Source of the DNA: Pyrinomonadaceae bacterium
Lineage (GTDB): Bacteria; Acidobacteriota; Blastocatellia; Pyrinomonadales; Pyrinomonadaceae
Direction: 5' to 3'
NCBI GenBank assembly: GCA_046313635.1
Contig: JBKBYA010000006.1
Coordinates: forward strand, 64,001 to 128,000
DNA: 64,000 bases
Notes under the pieces: model-generated
Databases searched by the model: none
What the model saw: only the letters and a program-made list of their open reading frames with translations
What the model was told of the DNA's origin: nothing
Program-made: the position numbers and the translations under genes
In this document: piece after piece, positions 18,086-28,561 of the stretch
How positions within the stretch are numbered: position 1 is the first letter of the stretch
Layout of the letters: each line of letters opens with the position of its first letter

Positions 18086-21000
18086 ATGAACTTCGCAGTG
18101 CAGAACGCAGCGAGATCTTTCACAACGGCTCTCTTTTGTCTTGCGCTCTTCGTGCTCCCGGCCCTATCGCAGGTAACGACCGCCGCGATCACCGGGCGGG
18201 TCGAGGACAGCACCGGAAAGGTAGTTCCCGGGGCCAAGGTCACAGCAACAGAGCGGGCGACAAATCGCGAGCGCACCGTCATTACAAACGAGCAGGGGGA
18301 TTACACGATCACGGCCCTCCCCCCGGGCCGCTACAACATCTCCGTCGAGTCTCAGGGCTTTAGCCGGGTCCTGCAGGAAGACGTCGAGCTAAACGTTGGA
18401 GCACGACAGACCTTTAACTTTTCACTTCAGGCGGGCAGCGTGACCGAGACGGTCACGGTGACGGGCGACGTGCCCCTGGTCGAGACGACGCGGTCCGAGA
18501 TCGGCACGTCCGTCACGCCGACCGAGATCCAAAACCTGCCGCTGCTCAACCGGACATTCGCCGGTCTGTCCGTGATCGCTCCTGAAGCCCGGCCGGTCGG
18601 CACCTTTGACCCGACAAAGACGCGTGTCGGCACCGTGGCATTCAACGGCGGCGACGGTCGCCAGGTGAACGTCAACGTGGACGGCGGCGACAACAAGGAC
18701 AACGTGGTCGGCAGCCTGCTTCAGAACTTCTCATACGAGTCCATCCAGGAGTTTCAGATCCAGCAGCATCGCTGGAGCGCCGATCAGGGCCGGGCGGTCG
18801 GCGGCGTCGTCAACGTCGTCACCAAGAGCGGGACTAACAGAATGCGCGGGTCGTTCTTTGCAAACTTCCGAGACGACGCGCTTCAGGCACGGGACTTCTT
18901 TGACAAGCAGAACAATCGCAGCAAGCCGCAGTTTGAACGCCAGGAGATCGGAGGCAGTCTCGGCGGCCCGATCGTCAAGGACCGTCTCTTTTACTTTTTT
19001 GCCCTCGAACGCTTTCGCGAGAGGCAGAACGTTCCGGTCCTCGCCTCGGCGATCCCGGAGCTGCAGGCGATTCCGGGCATCCAGTTCGTACCTGAGATCC
19101 CGACGCCTTATGACGACACTCTCTTGACCGCAAAGATCGATCACAAGCTGACGGACAAGCAGAACATGTTCTACCGGTTCTCGTACCAGGGCAACAAGTC
19201 GCCGAACGATCAGGTCACCAACCCTGCACGCACCGATCTCAGCGGCGGGAACCAGACGACCAATAAGCTTTACAGCGCTGTCGTCAACCACACGTATCAC
19301 ATCACGCCGAACGTCCTTAATCAGTTCACGTTCCATTTCCAGGATTTCAAGAACGAGATCCTGCCGAATCGCGAAGGCCTGACGCTGAACTTCCCGGGCG
19401 GCATCACCATCGGACAAAACGCGAACACGCCGCAGGCCACCGCGGAACGCAAATTCCAGTTCCGAAACGATTCGACGTGGATCACCGGCGACCACACGCT
19501 TAAGTTTGGCACCAACTTCATCCACACGATCCTTGGCGGATATTTTTACTTCGGAACGCGCGGTTACAACCTGACGTTTCGCCAAACGCCGACGCAGATC
19601 GTCGCGGGCGGCGGATTCAATCGCGACGACCTTCTCCAGTCGCTGACCTACTCTGACGGCGCAAGCTCGCACGATCAAAAGATCAACCAGCTCGCCTTTT
19701 ACCTTCAGGACGATTGGAAGATCACGAGAAATCTGACGCTCAACCTCGGGCTGCGCTGGGACGCGAATATCGGCAACCTGTTTGCCCAGGACAGGAACCG
19801 CACCATCCAGATACTGCAGCAGGTCAATCACCCTCTGGCCCGAGCTCTGACGGCCGATCCTGAAAAACTCACGCGGACGACGCCGAGCTGGAAGGAGTTT
19901 CAGCCGCGCCTCGGCTTTGCCTGGGACCCGTGGGGAGACACCAAGACCGTGATCCGCGGCGGGTACGGGATCTTTTACGATCAGATATTCCAGAATCTGT
20001 CGCTGTTTTCGGCGACCCAGTCCGAGCCGCAGATCTTCCAGACGGCGATCAACCTGACACGGCCTCCGGGCAATCCCGACCCGACGTCCCCGCTCTACGG
20101 TATACGTCTGGGCGGGCCTCTGCCGCAGCCTCCGCCGGGCTTTAACTTTAGTAATCTCGTTCCCGGAGCTGTCGGACGCATCAACGATCCGGACGCAAAG
20201 GAGCCGTACATACAGAAGTTCTCGATCGGCTTCCAGCGCCAGCTGACCAAGAGCCTCTCGCTCGAGAGTGATTACGTCCATACTCTCGGACTGCAGGAGC
20301 CGCGGTTCCTAAATATCAATCCGTTGATCAGCAGCGTCTGCAACACCAACTTCCCCGGATCACTGCCGAGCAGCGACCCGACCTACGCGACGCGCTGCCC
20401 GCGCGGCGCTTCGACGCGGCTGCTCGACCAGGCATTTGTCGCCGCCGGCGTCGGTGCCAATCGTATCGGGCAGATAAATATGTTCTCGACGACCAACCGT
20501 TCGCTCTTCGACAGCTGGACGACGACGCTCAAGTACAGGTCCAACAGGATGGTGCTGAATGCGAGCTACGTGCTGTCAAGCTCGAGGGCGTGGGGCGGTC
20601 AGCCGACGGCCTCGTACTCGGGCAACGGCATCGCGATAACGCCGCAGCGTCAATTCGCCGACGGTGAGTTTGGCCCGACGCGTCTCGACGAGCGCCATCG
20701 GATCGTGTTGAGCGGCGTTCTCAATCTGCCGTTGGGCTTTACGCTATCGCCGATCATGCAGTACGCATCGGCACGGCCCTTCTCGCCGACGCTCGGATTT
20801 GACGTCGACGGCGACGGTCTTGCGACCATCGACCGCGTCTGCCAGAGCGCCGACCTGGCTGCGGTCTTCGCGGCGCGGGGCAACACAACCGCTCTGCAGG
20901 CCCTTAATCCGCTCGGCTGCCGGCAAATGCCGGTCAACCGGCTTCGCAAGGGCTTTGTGCTTGTGAACGGGCAGCTCGAGGAGCGCAGCGGCCGCTTCTT

Positions 21001-21244
21001 CAACGTAGACCTGCGGGTGACCAAGAACTGGCGATTCACCGAGCGCTTCCGCCTGGCGACGTATGTTGATCTGTACAATCTGTTCAACACGGAGAATCTC
21101 TCGTTCGCATCGCGGATCGGACTAAGCGCTCCGGCGACGAACGCCGCTCAGTTCCTGCAGCCTGTGTCGCTCTTTGGCCCGGGCTTTGGCCCTCCGGTCG
21201 GGCGTCCGTTTACGGCGCAGCTCGGATTCCGCTTTACGTTTTGA
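18086..21244 (+). CDS. TonB-dependent receptor with N-terminal carboxypeptidase-regulatory-like domain (Oar-like)
   Basis: Signal peptide, 'ITGRVEDSTGKVVPGAKVT', 'GGVVNVVTKSGTN', 'YLQDDWKITRNLTLNLGLRWD', C-terminal 'QLGFRFTF'. GGAGGA precedes ATG 18086. Confidence 0.93.
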   Translation: MNFAVQNAARSFTTALFCLALFVLPALSQVTTAAITGRVEDSTGKVVPGAKVTATERATNRERTVITNEQGDYTITALPPGRYNISVESQGFSRVLQEDVELNVGARQTFNFSLQAGSVTETVTVTGDVPLVETTRSEIGTSVTPTEIQNLPLLNRTFAGLSVIAPEARPVGTFDPTKTRVGTVAFNGGDGRQVNVNVDGGDNKDNVVGSLLQNFSYESIQEFQIQQHRWSADQGRAVGGVVNVVTKSGTNRMRGSFFANFRDDALQARDFFDKQNNRSKPQFERQEIGGSLGGPIVKDRLFYFFALERFRERQNVPVLASAIPELQAIPGIQFVPEIPTPYDDTLLTAKIDHKLTDKQNMFYRFSYQGNKSPNDQVTNPARTDLSGGNQTTNKLYSAVVNHTYHITPNVLNQFTFHFQDFKNEILPNREGLTLNFPGGITIGQNANTPQATAERKFQFRNDSTWITGDHTLKFGTNFIHTILGGYFYFGTRGYNLTFRQTPTQIVAGGGFNRDDLLQSLTYSDGASSHDQKINQLAFYLQDDWKITRNLTLNLGLRWDANIGNLFAQDRNRTIQILQQVNHPLARALTADPEKLTRTTPSWKEFQPRLGFAWDPWGDTKTVIRGGYGIFYDQIFQNLSLFSATQSEPQIFQTAINLTRPPGNPDPTSPLYGIRLGGPLPQPPPGFNFSNLVPGAVGRINDPDAKEPYIQKFSIGFQRQLTKSLSLESDYVHTLGLQEPRFLNINPLISSVCNTNFPGSLPSSDPTYATRCPRGASTRLLDQAFVAAGVGANRIGQINMFSTTNRSLFDSWTTTLKYRSNRMVLNASYVLSSSRAWGGQPTASYSGNGIAITPQRQFADGEFGPTRLDERHRIVLSGVLNLPLGFTLSPIMQYASARPFSPTLGFDVDGDGLATIDRVCQSADLAAVFAARGNTTALQALNPLGCRQMPVNRLRKGFVLVNGQLEERSGRFFNVDLRVTKNWRFTERFRLATYVDLYNLFNTENLSFASRIGLSAPATNAAQFLQPVSLFGPGFGPPVGRPFTAQLGFRFTF

Positions 21245-21269
21245 CCGCCGCATTGCGGACAAACCTTTG

Positions 21270-21300
21270 CGGCACCTCGGCGACGAGGTGCCGTTTTTTT
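21270..21300 (+). terminator. Rho-independent terminator
   Basis: CGGCACCTCG-GCGA-CGAGGTGCCG followed by T7. Confidence 0.85.
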
Positions 21301-21475
21301 GTTTGAATATCGGCTTGCGGCCCGTCGGTAAGGACCTGCCCGGCACGACATTGCGTCGGTTGACATTGCCTTGGGCCTCGGATATCTTTCCCTCGTTTTC
21401 ATTCCCCTCGTTCACTCGCATCTGCTTATTTATACGGCTTTTTGAAACTTTATCCGTAAGGAGAAGAACGACCGT

Positions 21476-21907
21476 ATGAACACAAGAGTAGTCGCAGCCA
21501 CGGTGGCCGGCGGCATTGTCCTTTTCTTTCTCGGCTGGCTGGCGTATGGGATCTTGCTGGCTGATTTTATGAAGGCGCACACGGTGCAGTATGCCGGATT
21601 GAATAAGGAGCCAATGCCCGATATGGTGCCGCTCGTGCTCTCCAATCTCGCGATTTCGGCGCTGATGGCGATTGTCTTCGATCATTGGGCGTCGATCCGT
21701 ACGTTCAAGGGCGGACTTATCGGCGGCGGCCTGATAATGCTTTTGGTCGCGCTGTACGTCGACCTTGCGTTCCTGGCCTTTATGAACCTGCTCGACCTGA
21801 CCGTCGTGCTCGTGGACGTAGTCGTCGCCACGCTTCTCGGTGCGATCACGGGCGGCGTTATCGGGCAGGTCCTGGGAATGATGGGCCCGCGAACTGCCGA
21901 CGCCTGA
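21476..21907 (+). CDS. Four-TM membrane protein (DUF1761-like)
   Basis: Four hydrophobic helices, 'FFLGWLAYG'; AAGGAG upstream. Confidence 0.7.
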   Translation: MNTRVVAATVAGGIVLFFLGWLAYGILLADFMKAHTVQYAGLNKEPMPDMVPLVLSNLAISALMAIVFDHWASIRTFKGGLIGGGLIMLLVALYVDLAFLAFMNLLDLTVVLVDVVVATLLGAITGGVIGQVLGMMGPRTADA

Positions 21908-22027
21908 CGAGCAGCGGCAGCTAACATTTCGCGGCCGCCAGGCAGTCGGGCGGCCGTCTCAAATCAGGGCGATCGGCGGCCTGAAGCGCCGGTCGCACCG
22001 CTGAAAAGGTTTTCGGAGGCCCGCACA

Positions 22028-22660
22028 ATGAAACTGCTTACTTTTGTCGTGATCTTTGCCGCGCTCGCATTCTGCAGCCTCGGCGAGAGACTCAAACAAC
22101 TTTCCGGCGAGTCGAGCACCGCCGCCAACAGCTCATCGACCACTAACAGGACATCGTCCGCCGATGCGGGGGCCGAAAGGCCGAAGCTGACGCCGGCTCA
22201 GCAGGCGATCGCCGATTCGGCGACGGACGTGAAGTGGGACGAGCAGGGCGTCACGTGGCGGCTGCCAGCGGGCTGGAAAAAGATGGACCAGAAAAAAGAG
22301 ACCTTCAATTACGGCTCGCCCGATCGGGCGTTCCTGCTCGTCAACATTTCGGCGATGGCATCCGACTTTCCGATGGATGCGAGCCGCGACGCATTTTACA
22401 AGCAGGCGATGGACCAGCTGCAGCAGGGCAAATATCTGACCGTGCGCTATCTCGATATCGACGGCATCAAGGGCGTCGAATGGATCGAGGCTCCGCCTGA
22501 GGACAAAGACGGCCCGCGGCGGCATCAATGGATCGGCTATCGAAATTACCTCGGCCAAAACCAGATGCTCAACGTGATGCTCTCGACCGAAGGCAGCAGA
22601 TTTGATAAGCACAAGGACGAATTTGCCGCAATAATGTACTCGACAAGATTCGCCCAGTAA
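22028..22660 (+). CDS. Putative lipoprotein/secreted protein (PsbP-like C-terminal domain)
   Basis: Signal peptide ending LAFC, Ser/Thr linker, 'WRLPAGWK'; GGAGG upstream. Confidence 0.65.
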   Translation: MKLLTFVVIFAALAFCSLGERLKQLSGESSTAANSSSTTNRTSSADAGAERPKLTPAQQAIADSATDVKWDEQGVTWRLPAGWKKMDQKKETFNYGSPDRAFLLVNISAMASDFPMDASRDAFYKQAMDQLQQGKYLTVRYLDIDGIKGVEWIEAPPEDKDGPRRHQWIGYRNYLGQNQMLNVMLSTEGSRFDKHKDEFAAIMYSTRFAQ

Positions 22661-22694
22661 GAAAAAAGCGGCTGCCTGTAAAGGGCAGCCTTTT
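22661..22694. terminator. Bidirectional terminator
   Basis: A-tract, GGCTGCC-TGTAAAG-GGCAGCC, T-tract. Confidence 0.65.
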
Positions 22695-22805
22695 GCATTT
22701 GCCTCGGCCTTCGTGGGCCTTTGCGGCTGTGCCGCGATGTTATGCGGAAAGGCTCGGCTTTGCCGGCCGCGCTCTCAAATTCCCTTCGCGGCTTCGCCGC
22801 CGCAT

Positions 22806-23423
22806 TTACGGCGCCGTCGGGGTGTCTGGATGCGGCACGAAGCATCGCCGGCAGCGTGCCTCGTATTTGTCGGCCGCGCCGACCTCGACACGCTCTTCCG
22901 ACGCGACGGTACGCTGCGAGTAGTTGGCGGTCGAGCCGCATCTGACGCAGATGGCGTGCGTCTTGGTGATGAATTCGGCGACCGACAAGAGCTGAGGCAT
23001 CGGCTCAAAGGGACGGCCCGTATAGTCCTGATCGAGCCCCGCGACGATCACGCGCTTGCCTGCCCGCGCGAGATAATTCACCGCGTTGACTATCTCCATA
23101 TCGAAGAACTGCCCTTCGTCGATACCGACGACCTGCGTGTCGTCCTCGATCAGGGCAAGCATCTCTGCCGTGTCGCCGACCGCGTGCGAGAGATGCTTGA
23201 GGCCCGAGTGCGAAGCTATCTCCGACTCTGAATACCGGACGTCGATCGCCGGCTTGAAGACCTGCACCTTTTGCCGCGCTATCCGCGCGCGGTTGAGACG
23301 GCGGATCAATTCTTCGGACTTGCCCGAGAACATCGAGCCGACGATGACCTCGACCCAGCCCGTGCCGTTCTGCCGCACTTTGCGGCGCTCTTCCGTATTG
23401 TCGAAAGCAAATTCCTCGATCAT
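22806..23423 (-). CDS. tdk: Thymidine kinase
   Basis: [28 protein letters not shown], zinc cysteines CVRC...CRRC. Confidence 0.95.
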   Translation of the reverse strand: MIEEFAFDNTEERRKVRQNGTGWVEVIVGSMFSGKSEELIRRLNRARIARQKVQVFKPAIDVRYSESEIASHSGLKHLSHAVGDTAEMLALIEDDTQVVGIDEGQFFDMEIVNAVNYLARAGKRVIVAGLDQDYTGRPFEPMPQLLSVAEFITKTHAICVRCGSTANYSQRTVASEERVEVGAADKYEARCRRCFVPHPDTPTAP

Positions 23424-23579
23424 AGAAACTGTGAGATGACCGCCAAATGCGGAATGACAATTATAGGGAAACGTCCGCCGAGCAGAAAGCGTTGAACGGC
23501 CGAAAGTGCCTTGGCGGCGCAGGAGCGGCGCGTTCTGCCGGCTCTTCACCTTTGACGCGTTCGGGACTATTCTCAGATC

Positions 23580-23774
23580 GTGGAACTCAAGGTCTGCCCG
23601 CGCTGCAAAAAGCCCTACCTCGCCGAGCACGAGTCCTGCCCGCACTGCCCCGAGCCTTATACCTGGGATCAGGAGAGCTATATGAATGTCGGCTGCCTTC
23701 TGCTAATGGTCGGCGCGGTGTTTGTGATGGTGCTGTTTTGGCTGATGCTGCTGTTTGCGCCGTTCCTGCGTTGA
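23580..23774 (+). CDS. Small zinc-ribbon membrane protein
   Basis: CPRC-x9-CPHC followed by one TM helix. Confidence 0.6.
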   Translation: MELKVCPRCKKPYLAEHESCPHCPEPYTWDQESYMNVGCLLLMVGAVFVMVLFWLMLLFAPFLR

Positions 23775-23804
23775 GCGAGCGGCGGGCTGCTGCCCGCCGT
23801 CCCG

Positions 23805-25145
<1,341 letters not shown>

Positions 25146-25316
25146 TTAAATTTACCGTGAATGCCGCGCGAGCACAAAAACGCTCAAACTCCACTCGTGG
25201 ACAGCAGCGGTGCCCGGACGGCGGCGTGGTGGAAGACGTTTTTTAGTGCTCAGATTGATAGGGACCAGATCTTTTTCAGCCCGACCACCCCGACCCGCGA
25301 CGGCCGCGCCTCCTGA

Positions 25317-26741
25317 TCAGGCTTCGACCGGCGCCGTACCTGCGTCGGCCTTTTCCATCCTCACTCTCAGGATGCGCCGCTTGTCGACCTTTTCGACTCG
25401 GAAGACATGGCCGTTGTACGGCACCGCTGCGCCTTCGCCGAGAATATCGCCCGACTCCGCCATCAAGAATCCGGCGAGCGTCGTATAACTTTCCGAGACC
25501 GGGATGTTCATCGACAGCCGCCGATTGAGATCGCGGACGGCGAGGCCGCCGTCGAGAATGTAGCTGCCGTCCGGCTGCGGGTTGATCTGCTCGTTGACCT
25601 CCTCGTCGTGTTCGTCAGAGATATCGCCGACGATCTCCTCGAGCAGGTCCTCGAGCGTGATGATGCCCTCGACGCCGCCGTGCTCGTCCACGACAAAGCC
25701 AAAGTGAAACTTCTCGGTCTGCATCTGCCGCAGCACGTCCTCGAGTTTTGCGCTGTCGACGACGTAATTCGGCTTGCGGATGACGCGGTCGAGCCTGAAA
25801 GTCTTTGGCCGGAGCAGGTAGCTCATCACGTCCTTGCTGTGTATGACGCCGACGATGTCGTCGAGCGAGCCGCTGTAAACCGGCAGACGCGAATAGCCAT
25901 GCTGGCGAAACGCCTTTGCGATCTGGTCGATGCCGTACGAGTCGGGAATGGCGACGATGGCCGTGCGCGGCACCATCGCCTCGCGGACCGTCGTGTCCGA
26001 AAATTCAAAGACGCGATTGATCAAGGTCCGCTCTTCGGCGTTGAGATGGCCGCTCCGCTCAGAGGCGTCCACCAGCCGCCGGATCTCTTCTTCTGTGTAG
26101 GACGCGCCGTGCTCGGCGCTCGGGTGCAGGCCAAACAACCTCACGGTCCGAGTGCCGGCCCAGTCGAGCAGACGGATCGGATAGTAAAAAATGCGGTAAA
26201 AGATCTGAAGCGGCACCGCGACAAAGAACGAGACCTTCTCTGACAGCTCGAGCGCCGCGGTCTTGGGCGCCAGCTCGCCGAAGACGATATGCAGGAACGT
26301 GATCAGCGCGAACGCGATCGCGAACGACATGGTGTGCAGCACCGCGGCCGACGACAAAAATCCGAGCCCGGTCGCCGAGGCGAGCCACATCAGCAGCGGG
26401 TCGAGCAGCGCCGCGACCGCGGGTTCGCCGATCCAGCCGAGACCGAGAGAGGCGAGCGTGATACCGAGCTGCGTCGCCGAGATGTACGCGTTCAGATTGT
26501 TGAGCATGCCGAGCAGACGCTCGGCCGAGAGGCTGCCTTCGGCGGCCATCGCCTCGATCCGCGACTTGCGGACGGCAACGAGCGCAAACTCCGACGCAAC
26601 AAAAAAACCGTTGGCCAGTACCAGGACAATGACCGAGACGATCTTTAATGCGGACCAGAGCGGGTCCGGCGCTTCAATTTGTACGGCTGCAGTCGGGTCT
26701 GCAAAGAGAAGTATGGATGCCAAACTAGCGGGGTCGTCCAT
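25317..26741 (-). CDS. HlyC/CorC (CNNM) family transporter: DUF21, CBS pair, CorC domain
   Basis: NGFFVASEFALV, QLGITLASLGLGW, FGELAPK, VDEHGGVEGIITLEDLLEEIVGDI. Confidence 0.93.
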   Translation of the reverse strand: MDDPASLASILLFADPTAAVQIEAPDPLWSALKIVSVIVLVLANGFFVASEFALVAVRKSRIEAMAAEGSLSAERLLGMLNNLNAYISATQLGITLASLGLGWIGEPAVAALLDPLLMWLASATGLGFLSSAAVLHTMSFAIAFALITFLHIVFGELAPKTAALELSEKVSFFVAVPLQIFYRIFYYPIRLLDWAGTRTVRLFGLHPSAEHGASYTEEEIRRLVDASERSGHLNAEERTLINRVFEFSDTTVREAMVPRTAIVAIPDSYGIDQIAKAFRQHGYSRLPVYSGSLDDIVGVIHSKDVMSYLLRPKTFRLDRVIRKPNYVVDSAKLEDVLRQMQTEKFHFGFVVDEHGGVEGIITLEDLLEEIVGDISDEHDEEVNEQINPQPDGSYILDGGLAVRDLNRRLSMNIPVSESYTTLAGFLMAESGDILGEGAAVPYNGHVFRVEKVDKRRILRVRMEKADAGTAPVEA

Positions 26742-26870
26742 TTGAGTTCCGATATTCCAAGATCGCACGAGCAGTAAGCAGCGGAGGCCTCCTTCCCGTC
26801 CGTGTGACCGCTCGTTTTGTCGTGCCGAACCGAGTATATCACAGCGGCTCGCCGCTTTTCGCCGAGGTCG

Positions 26871-27449
26871 CTAGACGTGAGCTTCGATGATCTCCTCGAT
26901 AAGCATCCGACACGATCCGCAGCCGCGGCCGGCACCGAGAGCTTCGCCGACCTGCTCGACACTCGTCAGCCGCCGTGTCTCGACCGCGCGTACGATCTCG
27001 TCCTCGCCGACAGCAAAGCAGGTGCAGACAAGCGGACGCTCGCCGACAAACTCCTCGATGACGAACGCCCGAAAGTCAGCGAATGCGGCATCGAGCGCCT
27101 CGATGCAGGCGTCGATGCACGGCAGGCGCCGAGCCGGCACGTCTCTCCCGCCCGCGGTCAGGCGGCCGCGGACCTCGTCTCCGGCCCGCCCTCGCAGATC
27201 GGTGAGCGACCGGCCCTCGACGGCCTCGCAGACAAGTTCCGCCGCCGCGACCATGATCCCGCAGCCGTTCGACCGGAAGCACGCCTCTTCGATCCGCTTG
27301 CTCGCGGGATCGATCCGCAGCCCGACACGAACGAACGATCCGCAGTCGAAGCTGGCCGCCGTTCCGACACCGTTGGCCCCGCGCGCGCTGCCGGCGTGCG
27401 ACGCCTCGGCGACGATACGGTCGATATCATCCGGGTAGATCGAGCCCAC
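26871..27449 (-). CDS. IscU/NifU N-terminal domain fused to a BFD-like [2Fe-2S] domain
   Basis: CGSFV, NGCG and LPCID scaffold cysteines; C-terminal CTCF...GCGSC. Confidence 0.8.
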   Translation of the reverse strand: MGSIYPDDIDRIVAEASHAGSARGANGVGTAASFDCGSFVRVGLRIDPASKRIEEACFRSNGCGIMVAAAELVCEAVEGRSLTDLRGRAGDEVRGRLTAGGRDVPARRLPCIDACIEALDAAFADFRAFVIEEFVGERPLVCTCFAVGEDEIVRAVETRRLTSVEQVGEALGAGRGCGSCRMLIEEIIEAHV

Positions 27450-27512
27450 AGTCCTCCACGAATAGCACGAATGAAGCCGAAAACAAATTCGTGTAGAATT
27501 TACCCAAACGCG

Positions 27513-28076
27513 ATGAGGCCCTTGCTGCTTTTTGTATCTCTGACGACGCTCCCTTTACTGCTCTCGTGCGGCAACGCCGCGGCGCCGGTTTCGATCTCGA
27601 GTCAGCCCGTCTCGATCAACGGCGTCCGGCAAAAAGGCGTCCCGCCAAAGCCTCTGCCGCTGATGAGCTGGACCTCGCAGGACGGGCAGAAACAAAAGGT
27701 CGACGACTTTAGAGGCCGCGTGCTGATCCTCGATTTTTGGGCGACGTACTGCGAGCCCTGTCGCCGCGAGATACCTCATCTCAACGAGCTACAAGCCAGG
27801 TACGGCGCAGCCGATCTTCAGATCGTCGGCCTGCACTCGGGCGGTGACGAGGACCGGCCCAAGATCCCGGCATTTGTCACCGACACCAAGATGGACTATC
27901 CGGTCGGCTTTCCCGAGGACGCACTCGTGAGCTACGTCTTTGAGGAGAACGACGCCATTCCGCAGACCGTCGTCATCGACCGCGAGGGGCGGCTGGTCAC
28001 CAAGATCATCGGTTTTGACGATCAGATCCGCCGGCAGCTCGACGCCGCCGTCGAATCGGCCATCTCACGCCGATGA
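27513..28076 (+). CDS. TlpA family thiol-disulfide reductase lipoprotein
   Basis: Lipobox LLSC and ILDFWATYCEPCRREIP. Confidence 0.88.
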   Translation: MRPLLLFVSLTTLPLLLSCGNAAAPVSISSQPVSINGVRQKGVPPKPLPLMSWTSQDGQKQKVDDFRGRVLILDFWATYCEPCRREIPHLNELQARYGAADLQIVGLHSGGDEDRPKIPAFVTDTKMDYPVGFPEDALVSYVFEENDAIPQTVVIDREGRLVTKIIGFDDQIRRQLDAAVESAISRR

Positions 28077-28558
28077 AACGACCTGTCCAGCCTCGCAGTA
28101 CGCCGGCCGGCGTTCCGACTCTCCGGCAGATCTCTGCGGGCGGAGTCGTCTTTCGCCGGTCGCGCGAGCGCGTTGAGGTGGTACTGATCCTGACCTCGCC
28201 CGAGCGGCGCTGGCAGCTGCCAAAAGGCCTCGTCGACGACGGCGAGTCGCGCGAGCAGGCCGCTCTGCGGGAGGTTCGCGAAGAGACCGGCCTCGATGCC
28301 GTAGTCGCCGAGCCCCTGCAGACCGTCGAATACTGGTACTACGCGACCCGCGACGGACGGCGCGTCAGGTATCACAAGTCGGTCCATTTTTTTCTGATGG
28401 AATATGTTTCCGGCGATGTCGCCGACCACGACCACGAGGTGCTCGAGGCCCGCTGGGTCGATATCGACGCCGCGGTGTCGATGCTGGCGTTCGACAGCGA
28501 GCGAAGGCTCGTCGAGCAGGCCCGCACGATGATCGCCGCGCGCCGCTCTGACGGTTGA
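28073..28558 (+). CDS. NUDIX hydrolase
   Basis: Nudix box PKGLVDDGESREQAALREVREETG. Confidence 0.92.
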   Translation: MKRPVQPRSTPAGVPTLRQISAGGVVFRRSRERVEVVLILTSPERRWQLPKGLVDDGESREQAALREVREETGLDAVVAEPLQTVEYWYYATRDGRRVRYHKSVHFFLMEYVSGDVADHDHEVLEARWVDIDAAVSMLAFDSERRLVEQARTMIAARRSDG

Positions 28559-28561
28559 TCT

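Noticed and set aside
26817..27512. N-terminal extension of the 419-aa TlpA ORF
   Set aside because: It is antisense to the IscU/BFD gene; the lipoprotein signal begins at ATG 27513.
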